Notes under the pieces: model-generated | Database searches by the model: none | Told to the model about the DNA's origin: nothing | Seen by the model: the letters and a program-made list of their open reading frames with translations, nothing else | DNA from: an uncultured Phycisphaerales bacterium | GTDB taxonomy: Bacteria; Planctomycetota; Phycisphaerae; Tepidisphaerales; Tepidisphaeraceae | Length of the DNA: 64,000 nucleotides | Direction: 5' to 3' | Assembly (NCBI GenBank): GCA_963758525.1 | Contig: CAVWVQ010000003.1 | Location: 4,864,001 to 4,928,000, forward strand | Shown here: positions 63,667 through 64,000 of the stretch, piece after piece | Layout of the letters: the number at the start of each line of letters is the position of its first letter | Numbering within the stretch: position 1 is the first letter of the stretch | Made by a program: the position numbers and the translations under genes

Positions 63667-64000
63667 TCAATCCGGCTTGCCCGCTGAATACATCTCCAAG
63701 ATCTCATCCGCCGAAAGTGGTTTCTTGAAGATTGCGATTTCATCAATCGACCCGGTGAACGTCGTGTCGAGGTGGTCGGTCTTATCCTTCCGCGAACCAA
63801 TGTAGACCGGCCCGGGAACGGAGAGCAGCCGCAGAGTCGCTTTCGTCTGATTGGTCAATTTGCCGTCGACGAAGAGACGCAGCGCTGCGGCTTTGGGATC
63901 ATAGACACAAGTGACCAGATGCCATGCATCCAAAGCCGAGATATCCACCGACACCAAGGGAGCGTTCTTCACAGGTTGGCTCTGATCGCGGATCCAAGCC
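63667..64000 (-). CDS. LamG/concanavalin-like jelly-roll domain, C-terminal part (gene starts beyond window)
   Basis: WHLVTCVYD, LFVDGKL, YIGS, FTGSIDEIAIF..PLSADEI. Confidence 0.8.
   Translation of the reverse strand, partial: AWIRDQSQPVKNAPLVSVDISALDAWHLVTCVYDPKAAALRLFVDGKLTNQTKATLRLLSVPGPVYIGSRKDKTDHLDTTFTGSIDEIAIFKKPLSADEILEMYSAGKPD

Overview
GC-rich bacterial chromosomal window, most likely Planctomycetota (possibly Phycisphaerae/Tepidisphaerales; inferred from the RpoA N-terminus MRIRWRGLELP, the rpsM-rpsK-rpoA order without rpsD, and the REP types). Housekeeping genes: sdhC-sdhA, truB, gmd/fcl/wcaF/GT4 fucose-EPS genes, a 1522-aa AsmA-like protein, metK, clpB with a sigma-54-type promoter, and rpmJ-rpsM-rpsK-rpoA-rplQ. 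Glycan genes: GH95, a PL26-like lyase, DUF4450 and two TIM-barrel isomerases. Uncharacterised conserved operons: membrane protein-DUF1800-DUF1501; DUF2126/transglutaminase, circularly permuted ATP-grasp/alpha-E and transglutaminase; DUF2760-Hsp70. Accessory or defence-like modules: ABC-ATPase plus TOPRIM-like protein, a MazF pair, and a RelE-like + Shedu-like + Uma2 island with a ~240-bp direct repeat. Also present: a HAD-deaminase fusion, a four-repeat helical protein, a RAYT transposase, at least six REP-like palindrome families, a structured 271-bp MITE-like element and a telomere-like (CCCTGAA)n array. About 14 small frameshifts, including one in essential rpsK, most likely reflect uncorrected long-read errors. 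No tRNA, rRNA or CRISPR array was seen. Family calls come from motif recognition by eye; no database search was run.
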